A stretch of DNA of 64,000 bases from Dehalococcoidia bacterium. GTDB taxonomy: Bacteria; Chloroflexota; Dehalococcoidia; UBA2979. The translations under genes were made by a program, and so were the position numbers. Location: contig OZ253555.1 in assembly GCA_965262725.1 (NCBI GenBank), forward strand, positions 1,472,001 to 1,536,000, in the 5' to 3' direction. This document shows, in pieces, positions 1 through 12,536 of the stretch (position 1 is its first letter; each line of letters starts with the position of its first letter). A model generated the notes under the pieces. That model worked only from the letters and a program-made list of their open reading frames with translations. It did no database searches and was not told where the DNA came from.

Positions 1-327
1 GGTGCCGACGTCGCTGTGGGGTCGGCAACCGTCGACGGTGACCCGGACGGTCGCCGTGTAGAGCGCGGCAGGAACGTCGCCGCCGCCGGTTGCCGGGAGC
101 TCGCGGCACGCCACCTCGCCGACGAGTTCGGCGCCCCAGCGGTCGTGCCCGAAGACGGCGTTGGCCTGCTCGATGGCCCGCCAGCCTTCGATGTATCGGA
201 GCACCTCGCCGTGCTCCGTCGTGCGCTCCGACACCAGCTCGGCGTCGAGCGGCTGCCGCAGGCGCCTCTTGGCGCCGCGGCTCAGCCGGCGCGGCCGCGC
301 CGGCCTTCGTCTCGTGTTCTCGTCCAT
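1..327 (-). CDS. Rad52/Rad22-family single-strand annealing protein, N-terminal part (runs off window)
   Basis: Manual translation from ATG at 327 (absent from the ORF track): MDENTRRR...LRYIEGWRAIEQANAVFGHDRW...ATVRVTVDGCRPHSDVGT, matching the Rad52 motifs YIEGW..I..AN..FG...W and VRV...G..H.D.G. Confidence 0.8.
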   Translation of the reverse strand, partial: MDENTRRRPARPRRLSRGAKRRLRQPLDAELVSERTTEHGEVLRYIEGWRAIEQANAVFGHDRWGAELVGEVACRELPATGGGDVPAALYTATVRVTVDGCRPHSDVGT

Positions 328-1361
328 GATTCCTGCTTTCGTGCGTGTGCCTGCTGGAGCGAACCCAGGAAGGCCCGGCGCCCACCTGGCCGGGATCCGA
401 GTTCGCTGAGGTCGTGCGCGCCCCGGGGGAGCGGCACGGCGACCACCTGCGCCCCGAGCTCGGAGCGGAGGCGGGCTGAGGCGCGGCGACCGGCATCGTC
501 GGCGTCGAGCGCGAGGTAGACGCGCCGGAAGGAGCGGAGCGCTTGCAGCGCCTCCCGCGAGACGTGAGTGCCGAGCAGCGCCGCGCCGTGCAGCTGCCAG
601 GCGCAGACGGTCAGCCAGTCGAACGGCCCCTCGGTCAGGACCAGGGCGCGGGCGCCCGCGGCGCGCGCGCGTGCGAGACCGAGCAGGGGCGAGGGGAGGC
701 GGAGGTTCAGGTAGCGGGGCTCCCGCCCGTCGAGCGAGCGGGCGGTCAGCCAGCTCGCTCGTCCCCCGCCGTCCAGCTCCGGGATGACGACACGCCCGGA
801 GAGCACGTCGCGGTCGCCCGCGAGCAGGCCGACGCGACGCGCCGCCTCGAGGTCCGGTCCCCGCGACCGGAGGCGACGGGCGAGCCCGCCCGCAGCGAAG
901 CCGATGCGAAGCCGCGCGGCGGTCTCCTCGTCGATGCCGCGCCCCTCCAGGTACGAGCGGGCCTCCCGGCTCCGCGCGTACTGCGCGGCGTAGAGGGAGC
1001 AGGCGGCCTCGATGACCGCCGCCGCCTCGTCATCCGGCACGGGGGGCATCCGCCGCGGCGGGGAGCGCACGGCCGCGGCGGGCACCGGGCCTGCGCCGCC
1101 ACTCCCGGCGAGCCGCGCCGCGGTCTCGCGGAACCCGGTGCCGTGCATCCGGCCGACGAAGTCGATGACGTCCCCGCCGCTGTCGCAGCCGAAGCAGAAC
1201 CAACTCGCCGACTCCGGGTAGACCACGAGGCTCGGCCTGCGGTCGTCGTGGAACGGGCAGAGGCCGGCGAGTCGGCGGCCCGAGGGCCGGAGCTCGACGC
1301 CGGCGCCCTGGACCGCCCTTGCGATCGGGTGTGCCGCCCGGATCGCCTCCGTGTCGAACAG
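282..1361 (-). CDS. DnaG-like DNA primase (CHC2 zinc finger + Toprim)
   Basis: The frame of ORF 282..1226 stays open upstream to at least ~1361 and adds LCPFHDDRRPSL before WFCFGC (CHC2 finger). Toprim motifs EGPFD and LALDADDAG are present. The true start is uncertain (possibly CTG at 1361). Confidence 0.85.
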   Translation of the reverse strand: MFDTEAIRAAHPIARAVQGAGVELRPSGRRLAGLCPFHDDRRPSLVVYPESASWFCFGCDSGGDVIDFVGRMHGTGFRETAARLAGSGGAGPVPAAAVRSPPRRMPPVPDDEAAAVIEAACSLYAAQYARSREARSYLEGRGIDEETAARLRIGFAAGGLARRLRSRGPDLEAARRVGLLAGDRDVLSGRVVIPELDGGGRASWLTARSLDGREPRYLNLRLPSPLLGLARARAAGARALVLTEGPFDWLTVCAWQLHGAALLGTHVSREALQALRSFRRVYLALDADDAGRRASARLRSELGAQVVAVPLPRGAHDLSELGSRPGGRRAFLGSLQQAHARKQESWTRTRDEGRRGRAG

Positions 1362-1665
1362 CTCAGCCGCTCCGGGGCGGCGCGGTCGTGTGCGGCCCGC
1401 CGCGGGCCTGCCGCGGCACGGCCGGTTGCGGGTCCGCGCACCGCGCGGTCCCGCGTCGCTCCCCGGGCGTTCCGGGGGCGTTGTGGCGTCGTTGCCGGGC
1501 GGCGCGCGGCGCCCCGCGGCAACGATCTCTCTTCTTCATCTCTTCCTCCACCTCCGTTGGCGCACGCTCCGCCGGCCGCCGCGGCACGCCGGGCGGTCGG
1601 CGGACAGAGAAGGGACCGCCCGCCGGGCGGTCCCTCGTCTCAGTCGTGCTCGTGGTCGGTCGGGG

Positions 1666-2652
1666 TCAGGCGAGCGGGCGTGCTCCGCGCAGCGCCCGCG
1701 GCGCGAAGGTGCGGCCGCGTTCCCAGCGCCTCAGGCCGAGCGCCGAGACGACCTCCCAGCGGCCGTCCGCGGTCGGGATCAGGACGGCGCCCCGCAGGGA
1801 GCTGGCCCGGTAGTGGATCGCGGCCAGCAGGCCGAGCCGGCGGCAGGCGGCGAGCCAGCAGCCGTAGAGGTGGCGCGCCACCTCCTCGGGCAGACCGTCG
1901 AGTTCGACGTCCTCTATCAGCTCGATCCCGCGCGCCGGCTCGCGCCGGTGCAGCCGTCGCGCCCCCGCGAGCGCCGCCTCCGCCGCGCGGAGGTGGGCGG
2001 CGCGCTCGCGGCGCCGCAGCGCCTCGAACGCGTCCGCGATCTCGGGCACGCCGCCGACCCTCCTCTCCATGGAGTCGAGCAGCCGCCGTGCCTCCTCGTT
2101 CCTGCCGCCGTCCAGGTGCCGCCCGGCCAGGGCCAGCTCCTCTCGCATCGTCCTCTCCTCCTTCCGCGCCTCCTCCTCCGCCAGCAGCCGGGCGACGTCC
2201 TCGCGCCCGGCCAGCGCCCGAGCCTCGCGCTCGAGCGCCGTCGCGTGCGCCTCGGCCCGCGTGCGGAGCCGCCCGGCCGTCGCCGCGACTCCCGCGGCTC
2301 TCTCCCGTGCGGCGCGCTCGAAGGCCGACCGTGCGAGCGAGGCCGCGCGCTCCGCCGCCCCGCCCATCTCGCGGGCGGTGCTCCGCAGCCGGGCGGCCTC
2401 CGCTGCGGCCGTCCGTGCGCGTCCCGCGCCGCGCTCCGCTTCGAGGCGGCGCTCGCCGTCTCGGGCGAGCAGATCCCGCAGCTCGCCGAGGGCTCGCCGC
2501 GCCTTCGCGTCGACCGCCTCGAGCTCGGCCGGCCCCGTGTCCCGGACGACGGGCACGAGCGCCCGCTCGGCGGGGATCGCTCCGCCCTCGGGGAACAGGC
2601 CGCGGACCGCTTCCAGCTCACCGAGGCTCGTCAGTACGATTCGCTGTGTCAT
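1666..2652 (-). CDS. hypothetical coiled-coil-rich protein of the integrative element
   Basis: 328-aa ORF with a good RBS (AGGAGGGGAG), Ala/Glu/Arg helical composition, co-oriented with the primase. Confidence 0.6.
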   Translation of the reverse strand: MTQRIVLTSLGELEAVRGLFPEGGAIPAERALVPVVRDTGPAELEAVDAKARRALGELRDLLARDGERRLEAERGAGRARTAAAEAARLRSTAREMGGAAERAASLARSAFERAARERAAGVAATAGRLRTRAEAHATALEREARALAGREDVARLLAEEEARKEERTMREELALAGRHLDGGRNEEARRLLDSMERRVGGVPEIADAFEALRRRERAAHLRAAEAALAGARRLHRREPARGIELIEDVELDGLPEEVARHLYGCWLAACRRLGLLAAIHYRASSLRGAVLIPTADGRWEVVSALGLRRWERGRTFAPRALRGARPLA

Positions 2653-2662
2653 CGCTCCCCTC

Positions 2663-2958
2663 CTATCGGCCTACCGCGCGCGCGCGCCGTTGAGGCCTCG
2701 GAAAGCCGCCGGCCTCCGCGCGGCCGGGCAACGGCTCCGTCGCGGTGTTCGCGGGCGTGCCGAGATCGGCCGCGGCGACCTGCTGGAGCTGCTGCCGCAG
2801 CGTCGCCAGCAGCTCCTCGTGCGGGACCTTCCGGCCTTCGGCCGATGCCGCGAGGAAGAGGACGCGCCGAGCCGGACTCCCCTCCTTCTCGAAGACCTGG
2901 AGCAGCGCCGCGAGCGGTCTCCCCTCAAGCACGACCGTGCGCTGCACCACCACGAGCA
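2663..2958 (-). pseudogene. 3' remnant of a hypothetical gene, cut by the IS21 fragment
   Basis: Protein-like 96-aa ORF that begins exactly where IS21 homology ends. Confidence 0.35.
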
Positions 2959-3472
2959 GGTGTAGGAGACCTCGCAGCCTCGTCCGGCGAGGAGCTCCTG
3001 GATGCGCGTCAGTTGCAGGCGGTCGGTCTCAAGCCAGCGCTCGATCTGCTCCGCCCAGGGCGAGAGCAGCTCCTCGCTCGGCGCCTCGACCTGCCGCGGG
3101 CCGGAGAGGCTCAGCGTCGCCAGCGCGGCGAGCTGCTCCTCACTCGGCTCGGGACCGCCCGGCGTGAGGCCGGCCGCCTCGGCCGCCTCGACGTAGCGGC
3201 GCACCGTCACGCGCGATAGCCCCGTGCCGCTGGCGATGCGGCGCTGGCTGAGCCCCGCCTGCCAGCGTCGAATGATCTCCTGGATCTCCACCCCGTGTAC
3301 CTCCCGGTAGGCCATCGCTGCTCCCTCCGCTGGGGATGCAGGCGATGGTGGCCGTACCGGCGACCCGGGCGGGCAGGAGTCCCTGACGGGGTGGATCAAT
3401 GACCCTGGCGAAGTGGATCAATGACCCTGGCGATCTGGCGATTTCGTGGTCTATAGACCTTGGCGATTCACA
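2959..3472 (-). mobile_element. istA: truncated IS21 (left end + 5' part of istA)
   Basis: Near-identical to 26042-26554: TGTGAATCGCCA terminus, GCCAGGGTCATTGA repeats and MAYREVHGVEIQEII...GCEVSYT, after which homology stops. Confidence 0.9.
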
Positions 3473-3569
3473 GTGGAGGGGACGGGCGGAGGGGCGCATA
3501 GAGCTGCGATACAGTGCCCCCACAATAGAAGGTGCGCCCGAGGAGTGGTTGGTTCGCGTGAACGACGGC

Positions 3570-3754
3570 TCCGGGAGCTGTGGCTGAACGGCAACCAGTT
3601 GAGCGGGACGATCCCCTCTGGGTTCGGAGAGCTGAGCACTCTGGAGGCGCTCTACCTGGACGGGAACGAGCTGACCGGGTGCATTCCGCCGCCGCGCGAG
3701 GATGTCGAGGACACGGACGCCACAAAGCTCGGCCTGAGCCACTGCGAAGCGTAG
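3570..3754 (+). pseudogene. C-terminal remnant of a plant-type leucine-rich-repeat protein
   Basis: LRELWLNGNQLSGTIPSGFGELSTLEALYLDGNELTGCIP fits the LxxLxLxxNxLSGxIP consensus. Confidence 0.75.
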
Positions 3755-3813
3755 TCGCCGCGCGTCGTCGTCGCTCCCATGGCGAGGCGGCGGGTCCTGC
3801 GGGTGTTGGCCAG

Positions 3814-4980
3814 TCACCCTAGCAAGTGGTCCAGGGCCTCCGCCGCTGCCTGCTGCTGACCGCGCAGTAGATGGCCGTACGTGTCCATCGTGAAGGACGC
3901 CGAGCCGTGGCCGAGACGCCGCGAGACCGTGAAGACATCGACGCCGGCCCGGAGCCAGAGACTTGCAGCGGTGTGCCGCAGGGAGTGCCAGTTAGTCGTC
4001 TCAGGCGCGTTTACGTCGGACCGAGCGAGCACCCGACGGAAGCCGGAGTAGAAGTTGTGACGATTCCAGGGCTCCCCCGTGGCCGACGGAAAGACCAGGC
4101 CCCAATCATCCCACGCGCCCCCGAGCTGGAGGCGTGTCGCATTCTGCGCGGCACGGTGCCGGCGCAGCATCGCGACCGTCGCCCCCGAGAGGGCGATGGT
4201 GCGACGCGCATTGCGCGTCTTCGGCGGGAGCATCCGGAAGCCACCGTCGAGCTGCGCGAGCGTCTGGCGCACCACGAATGAGCCCGTCTCGAGGTCCGTC
4301 GACTCCCACGTCGCCGCGAGCAACTCCCCCTGGCGCGTCCCCGTCGCGAGCGCGAACCGGATTGGCGCATCGAATTCGGTGGCCTCGGCCGCCCGGAGCA
4401 ACGCGGCGATCTCCTCCTCGTTCAGCGCCCGACGCTCGCCGGTTGCCCTCTGGGGCGATGGACTCTGGACGGCGTCTGCGGGGTTGCGCGGCATCAACTG
4501 GGCGGTCACCGCCGCACGGAGCGACTGGCGCAACACGCCGAGGATGGTCCGGACGGTTGCCGGAGTCACCACCGTGCTGGCAGCCGCCTTGACGGCTAGC
4601 ACGTGGTCGGTGCGGAGATCCTGCAGGCGCACCGGCCCGATGGTCGGCGAGAGGTGGTGCGCAATGATCGCCCGGTAGTTCTGGGCGGTGCGCGGGCCGA
4701 TCGCCCCGTCCTCGGCCCGCCGTTCGATCCAGCGGGTCACCCACTCGGCGACTGTGATGCGAGTCGGCTCTACACCGCCGTGGTCACGCTCACGCAGGGC
4801 GTCGCGGAGCGCACGCTGCGCATCCCTCTTGCTCCCCTTCACCGTGAACCGGCGTCGTCGCCGCCGTCCCGTGAGCGCTTCACGAGGAAGCTCGACGGTG
4901 ACCTGCCAGCTTCCACCGGACCGTTGCTCAATCGAGCCCGATCCATGGTCACGCCGGGCCATCGCACCCACCTCCTCCAT
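3814..4980 (-). CDS. tyrosine recombinase / phage-ICE integrase
   Basis: N-terminal arm-binding region (GSGSIEQR); catalytic motifs TGTRQGE, PPKT, HSLRH, RLGH and TMDTYGH. Confidence 0.93.
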   Translation of the reverse strand: MEEVGAMARRDHGSGSIEQRSGGSWQVTVELPREALTGRRRRRRFTVKGSKRDAQRALRDALRERDHGGVEPTRITVAEWVTRWIERRAEDGAIGPRTAQNYRAIIAHHLSPTIGPVRLQDLRTDHVLAVKAAASTVVTPATVRTILGVLRQSLRAAVTAQLMPRNPADAVQSPSPQRATGERRALNEEEIAALLRAAEATEFDAPIRFALATGTRQGELLAATWESTDLETGSFVVRQTLAQLDGGFRMLPPKTRNARRTIALSGATVAMLRRHRAAQNATRLQLGGAWDDWGLVFPSATGEPWNRHNFYSGFRRVLARSDVNAPETTNWHSLRHTAASLWLRAGVDVFTVSRRLGHGSASFTMDTYGHLLRGQQQAAAEALDHLLG

Positions 4981-5110
4981 CCCGCCCCGATACGCGCAGG
5001 CCGAGCCCCCGATCGTAACAGCACATCAGTTCTGTATCCGCAGCGGCGTCAGCCGCGTGCGCTTCTCGCGCACCCGATACCGAGATGGTCAGCGACTGTC
5101 GTACCGCCTC

Positions 5111-5347
5111 CTATCGGTACGTCCGGGGCAGGGCCAGAGTTCGTTCGCGCGCGCTCTGGGCCCTCGTTGCGTCGGCAGGTTCAGCCCGAAGCCACTCTTC
5201 AAGGGCTGCTCGCGGCACCCGAATGACGCGGCCGAGACGGATCGCTGGCATCTCGCCCCGCGCGACGAGTTCGTACGCGAGGTTGCGCGAGATGCGCAGT
5301 AGCGCGGCCGCCTCTCGCACAGTCAACAGCATGGCGTCCTCAGGCAC
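5111..5347 (-). CDS. excisionase-family helix-turn-helix protein
   Basis: LLTVREAAALLRISRNLAYELVARGEMPAIRLGRVIRVPRAALEEWL (HTH_17-like), immediately upstream of the integrase. Confidence 0.88.
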   Translation of the reverse strand: MPEDAMLLTVREAAALLRISRNLAYELVARGEMPAIRLGRVIRVPRAALEEWLRAEPADATRAQSARERTLALPRTYR

Positions 5348-5683
5348 GGGCCTCCTCCCTTCCGGATGAGATCGTCGTGTCAAGCCCCGCCGTGTGGAAC
5401 CGGAGGGCGGTGCCCGTCCGACGGCCATGCTCATCTGGCTCGACGTGTGGCGATTGCCAGATCGGTCCCAGCAGTCCCGCCGCAACCGGTGTGCCCTGCC
5501 CGAACCGCCATTCGGCGGTGAGGCGCAGCGGCAGGCGGGTCAGTGACCCGCGCTCGGCACGGCGAGCGGCGCGTGCGACGTGCTCCTCGGCGCGGTCGTC
5601 GGCGCAGACGAAGAGCAGCACCGGCTCAGCGTCGAAGTCCTGCCGCCACGCCCCGGCCGCGAAGTAGCGCCGGTATCCACCGA
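5340..5683 (-). pseudogene. C-terminal remnant, probably a replication-relaxation family protein
   Basis: FGGYRRYFAAGAWRQDFDAEPVLLFVC...GLLGPIW resembles Replic_Relax C-termini. Its stop overlaps the xis start, and it is cut at the same junction as the Rad52 fragment. Confidence 0.45.
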
Positions 5684-5974
5684 ACCGACGGGCTGAAGCG
5701 CGCGCTCCGGCACTTCGGGGCGCGCTTCGGCAACGGGCTCGGGGCCGCGCCGGCCGGCAAATTCCCGGGCGGAGCCGGGGCCGCGCCCGGCGAACTGCGC
5801 CGCCGCGTGCTTCAGATCGCGGCCGGAGCCGGCGCCGACGAGGAATGCACGCGCGAATGGATCGCGCGGCGCTACGGCTGCTCGCTCGACGAGCTCGACG
5901 GCCGCCGGCTGCTCGCCGCGGTGGACGCGCTCTCGCGCGGACTGCATCGCCGCAACGGGACCCGGGCGGCCTGA
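5684..5974 (+). pseudogene. C-terminal half of the Rad52-family protein
   Basis: TDGLKRALRHFGARFGNGL matches the Rad52 signature TD.LKRALR.FG...GN.L; no start codon of its own. Confidence 0.75.
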
Positions 5975-5978
5975 ACCG

Positions 5979-6188
5979 ATGGACTACCGCCCCAGCCGCG
6001 TCATCGAGACGCGCCACGGACGATACGACGTCGCCCGGATCCCGCTGCCCGAGTGCCCGATCCCAGGCTTCCGGGCCTGCCTCATCCAGGCCGTCGACGC
6101 CGATCGCCCCCAGGCGCGGGCGATCCGACTCACGCTCTACGAGCGTCTCGACCCGCGCCCTCGTGGGGATGCTCCCGGTGCGGCGTAG
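5979..6188 (+). CDS. small hypothetical protein
   Basis: 69-aa ATG ORF packed between the Rad52 C-half and ardC. Confidence 0.45.
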   Translation: MDYRPSRVIETRHGRYDVARIPLPECPIPGFRACLIQAVDADRPQARAIRLTLYERLDPRPRGDAPGAA

Positions 6189-7077
6189 GCAGCCGGGCGG
6201 CCGGACCGACCCCTACCAGGAGATCACCGGCCGCATCATCACCGCGCTTGCGCGCGGCACCGTGCCATGGCGCACGCCGTGGCGCGCCCGCGGGCACAGG
6301 AACGCCCGCTCCAACCGCCCCTACCGCGGCATCAACACGCTGGTCCTCCAGATGACCGCGCTCGAGCGCGGCTGGAGCGACCCGCGCTGGCTCACCTACC
6401 GCCAGGCCGAGGCCGCGGGCGGGCACGTGCGCCGCGGCGAGCACGGCACGCGCGTCGTGCTCTGGAAGTGGACCGAGCGGAGGGACCCGGAGGACCCCGA
6501 GCGGGTGGAGCGTTTCCCGCTGATTCGCCTCTACGCCGTCTTCAACGTCGACCAGTGCGAGGGCGTGACGCTGCCCGCACGGGTGGACGGCGGCTGTCCA
6601 GATCCGCTGGAACGCGCGGAGGCGGTGATCGCAGGCTACCGGGACCCACCGACGCTCCACTGGGACGCCGAGGGCGCCTACTACGTCCCCGAGCGGGACG
6701 AGGTGCACGTGCCGCCGCGCGCAGCCTTCAGCGACGCGCACGGCTACTACGCGACGCTCTTCCACGAACTCGCCCACTCCACCGGTCACCCCAGCCGCCT
6801 CGCGCGCGAGGGCTACCGGACCGCCGCCCGCTTCGGCTCCGAGCGCTACTCGCAGGAGGAGCTGGTGGCGGAGTTCGCGGCCGCCTTCCTCGGGAGCGAG
6901 GCCGGGATCGACCCCTCAAGGGTCGATCAGTCCGCCGCCTACATCGCCTCGTGGCTGCGCGTGCTCGACGACGACAGGCGCCTGGTCGTGGTCGCCGCCG
7001 CACAGGGACAGCGCGCCGCCGATCACATCCTCGGGCGAAGTCCCGAGACGCCGGAGCCGCCGGAAGCGGCGGCCTGA
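6169..7077 (+). CDS. ardC: ArdC-family antirestriction protein (ssDNA-binding + zincin-like domain)
   Basis: PWRTPW, RPYRGIN, WLTYRQAEAAGGHVRRGEHG, VFNVDQC, ATLFHELAHSTGH and YSQEELVAE. Confidence 0.92.
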   Translation: MLPVRRRQPGGRTDPYQEITGRIITALARGTVPWRTPWRARGHRNARSNRPYRGINTLVLQMTALERGWSDPRWLTYRQAEAAGGHVRRGEHGTRVVLWKWTERRDPEDPERVERFPLIRLYAVFNVDQCEGVTLPARVDGGCPDPLERAEAVIAGYRDPPTLHWDAEGAYYVPERDEVHVPPRAAFSDAHGYYATLFHELAHSTGHPSRLAREGYRTAARFGSERYSQEELVAEFAAAFLGSEAGIDPSRVDQSAAYIASWLRVLDDDRRLVVVAAAQGQRAADHILGRSPETPEPPEAAA

Positions 7078-7202
7078 CCCACGCGGGGCCGGGGAGCGCA
7101 CGGCGGGGCGGCGCATGGCGCACACCGCGGGAGATCACGCCGGACCGCCGCCCCGGTCCGGCCTCGCCATCCACGACAGCACCGAGAGAGAAGGAGAACC
7201 TG

Positions 7203-7520
7203 ATGCCACGACGGATCATCTGCTGGGAGATCACCGACGCGTTCTCGAAGTTCGGCTTCGACGACGGCGATGGTCCCAACTTCACCGACGAGGTCGCCGC
7301 CGCCATCGAGGCGGCCGGCCCCTACCGCTGCCGCACCCAGATCTGGGGGCTCCACAACTACGGGATCGAAACCATCGAGGAGGAGGTCGCGCCGGAGGAG
7401 TGGGTGCGCGTTGCCGAGTTCGACGGCTACGAGCTGCCGCCCTGGGAGAGCCTCCCGGGTCCCGTGCGCGACGCGCTCGTCGCCCTCAACGACGGCGAGT
7501 CGCCCGCGTGGCGGCTCTGA
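7203..7520 (+). CDS. acidic hypothetical protein
   Basis: RBS GAAGGAG before ATG; MPRRIICWEITDAFSKFGFDDGDG..., 105 aa. Confidence 0.6.
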   Translation: MPRRIICWEITDAFSKFGFDDGDGPNFTDEVAAAIEAAGPYRCRTQIWGLHNYGIETIEEEVAPEEWVRVAEFDGYELPPWESLPGPVRDALVALNDGESPAWRL

Positions 7521-7525
7521 GCGAT

Positions 7526-7580
7526 TCGCGTGCGGACGTGGCCGGACAGGCAGTACCTGTCCGGCCACGTCCGCACGCGA
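7526..7580. repeat. perfect 25-bp inverted repeat with a 5-nt loop
   Basis: TCGCGTGCGGACGTGGCCGGACAGG-CAGTA-CCTGTCCGGCCACGTCCGCACGCGA. Confidence 0.95.
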
Positions 7581-7849
7581 TCCGGCCCCTTGCGACTGGT
7601 CCAAGGGGAAGGACGCGCAGGCGATAGAGCTCCGCGCCGGTCGCGATGACGTGGGCGTGCAAGGTGGGCGGGTCAACGACCTCGGCGGCGATCCGGGTAT
7701 CTGAGAGGGTCTGATCCGACTCCGGGGCGGGAGCATTCATAGCGACCGGCGGCCGTTGCTAACAGTCGGTGAGTCGTCAGGCGAGCTACGACAGCCTCTC
7801 GAGCGCCTTGAACCTCGCGATCCCCCGCTAAGGCCGGCAACGGCCGAGC

Positions 7850-8734
7850 CTAGTCGCCGTAGGAGTCACGCGCCGTGCGAATCAGGTCTGTAAGCTCGTC
7901 ACTACGCTCTTCCAGATCGTCGTCCGTGACACGCATTCGGTAGTGGTTCCAGCGTGTGTCATACGGAAGCATTTCCAAACCAGACTCTTCGAGGCGCTCC
8001 GTGAGTTCGTCGGAGCGGGGGATCTTGAACTCGGCGATCACGTGCTTTCGGCGCGGCCGAAACAGGATGAAGTTTCGTGCGACGCCGTGGCTCGCTAGCC
8101 CTACGTAGTGCTTGTTGTACTTCGGCTGGAGGTCAGGTTCGATACGCTGGATCATCCCGGAGAATTCATCCACCAGTCGAACCGACTCGCGCGACGCTCG
8201 CCCCTCCCAGTAGGCCCGGTCGACCGTCTCCCCCTCCTCGTCCTCAGGCATTCCTAAGGCCCTGACATCGACCACTCGCGTAAACACTAGCGTGAAGGCG
8301 CCATTGACCTCGATGCCCTCCACCTGAATCGCCACGAGCGGGATGAAGCCGTTGAACAGACTGATCACGTTGAGGAAACGGCTCGTCACGTCCTCCGCGA
8401 CGAGCACCGCCACGTGGTCGTACTGAGGGTAGCGACGCTTCTCGATGTCCCAGTACTCGATCGTGCGGACGATGTGCGACTCGTCGGTCGCGCCGAGCTG
8501 GAGCTCGACCTCATAGCGTGTGAGCGTCTCAGGGTCCGACAGCAACAGATCGAGACGCCCAGCCCGCGGCTGGCGCCGCTCGCTGTCCCTCACCGCCAGA
8601 TCGCCCAGCCCCAAGAGCGTCGGGTCGTCGATGAGCCGCTTGTGCAGCCATCGCTCATTGAGCTCCGGGTGGCCGCTCAGGCTCACACGCTTCGGCTTGT
8701 GGAACTCCATCTCGGCCCCCGAACCGCCAGCCAT
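7850..8734 (-). CDS. PD-(D/E)XK-like nuclease-fold protein (NucS-like N-terminus, possible DUF5655 C-terminus)
   Basis: LNERWL...GRLDLLL...YEVELQLGATDESHIVRTIEYW, in a defence-island context. Confidence 0.65.
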   Translation of the reverse strand: MAGGSGAEMEFHKPKRVSLSGHPELNERWLHKRLIDDPTLLGLGDLAVRDSERRQPRAGRLDLLLSDPETLTRYEVELQLGATDESHIVRTIEYWDIEKRRYPQYDHVAVLVAEDVTSRFLNVISLFNGFIPLVAIQVEGIEVNGAFTLVFTRVVDVRALGMPEDEEGETVDRAYWEGRASRESVRLVDEFSGMIQRIEPDLQPKYNKHYVGLASHGVARNFILFRPRRKHVIAEFKIPRSDELTERLEESGLEMLPYDTRWNHYRMRVTDDDLEERSDELTDLIRTARDSYGD

Positions 8735-9119
8735 GCCGTATCAGCATCCGTGGCGACCCGCCCAAGGCGCAAGCAGATCCTCACTCTGGACCGCCGCCTG
8801 GAGTGTCGCCGAGTTGGTAGGTCTGTCTTCGTTAACGTAGAGGGCGCCGGTGATGATGCTGCAATCCCATTCTGTCGGGCGTTGCCGTCGGCAGCCCCGG
8901 CGCCGCGCTGACGTCCAGCCGTCTCGCGCACATACTCTAGTCGGGCGCGGTCGCATCGAGAGCCGGCGCACCGTCCGCGGAGGCCTGAAGGGATGACGGG
9001 CGCGCTCAGGAGCGCCCTGTTGTACGCCGCGGAGCCGTAGGGGCGGACGTCCCGCGGCGGGAGGGGCCGACGACTGCGAGGCGCACCCGGCGCCACGCGC
9101 CGCGGCCGGTGAGTGCCGC

Positions 9120-9260
9120 CCACGCCTGCGAGGGCGAGTCAGGTTCGGAATCGCGACCCTCCGTCACCTGCGTGGTCGCCGGGTTGGTCAGCGCGATCGT
9201 GACTCTCGTGCCGTCGTTGTCGGTAACGGTGACCGCCGCGGAGCCGGGCGTCCCTCCCGC
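9120..9260 (-). pseudogene. Calx-beta/adhesin-like repeat remnant
   Basis: GTPGSAAVTVTDNDGTRVTIALTNPATTQVTEG. Confidence 0.4.
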
Positions 9261-9398
9261 GCCGTGTCCGGGTCGCGTTCCAGCCACACGCCCCCGTCCG
9301 AGGTCGTGATTCGCCCCATGCCGCGGGGCTTGACCAACTGATCGAGTGCGATGGTCAGGTTCGCCGAATCGGGGTGTTCGGGTGCGGGAGATGGGATC

Positions 9399-12536
<3,138 letters not shown>

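Noticed and set aside
543-3219. Long plus-strand ORFs (716 aa, 622 aa) and many similar Arg/Pro/Ala-rich ORFs across the window
   Set aside because: Shadow frames of high-GC genes on the opposite strand; they contain no motifs.
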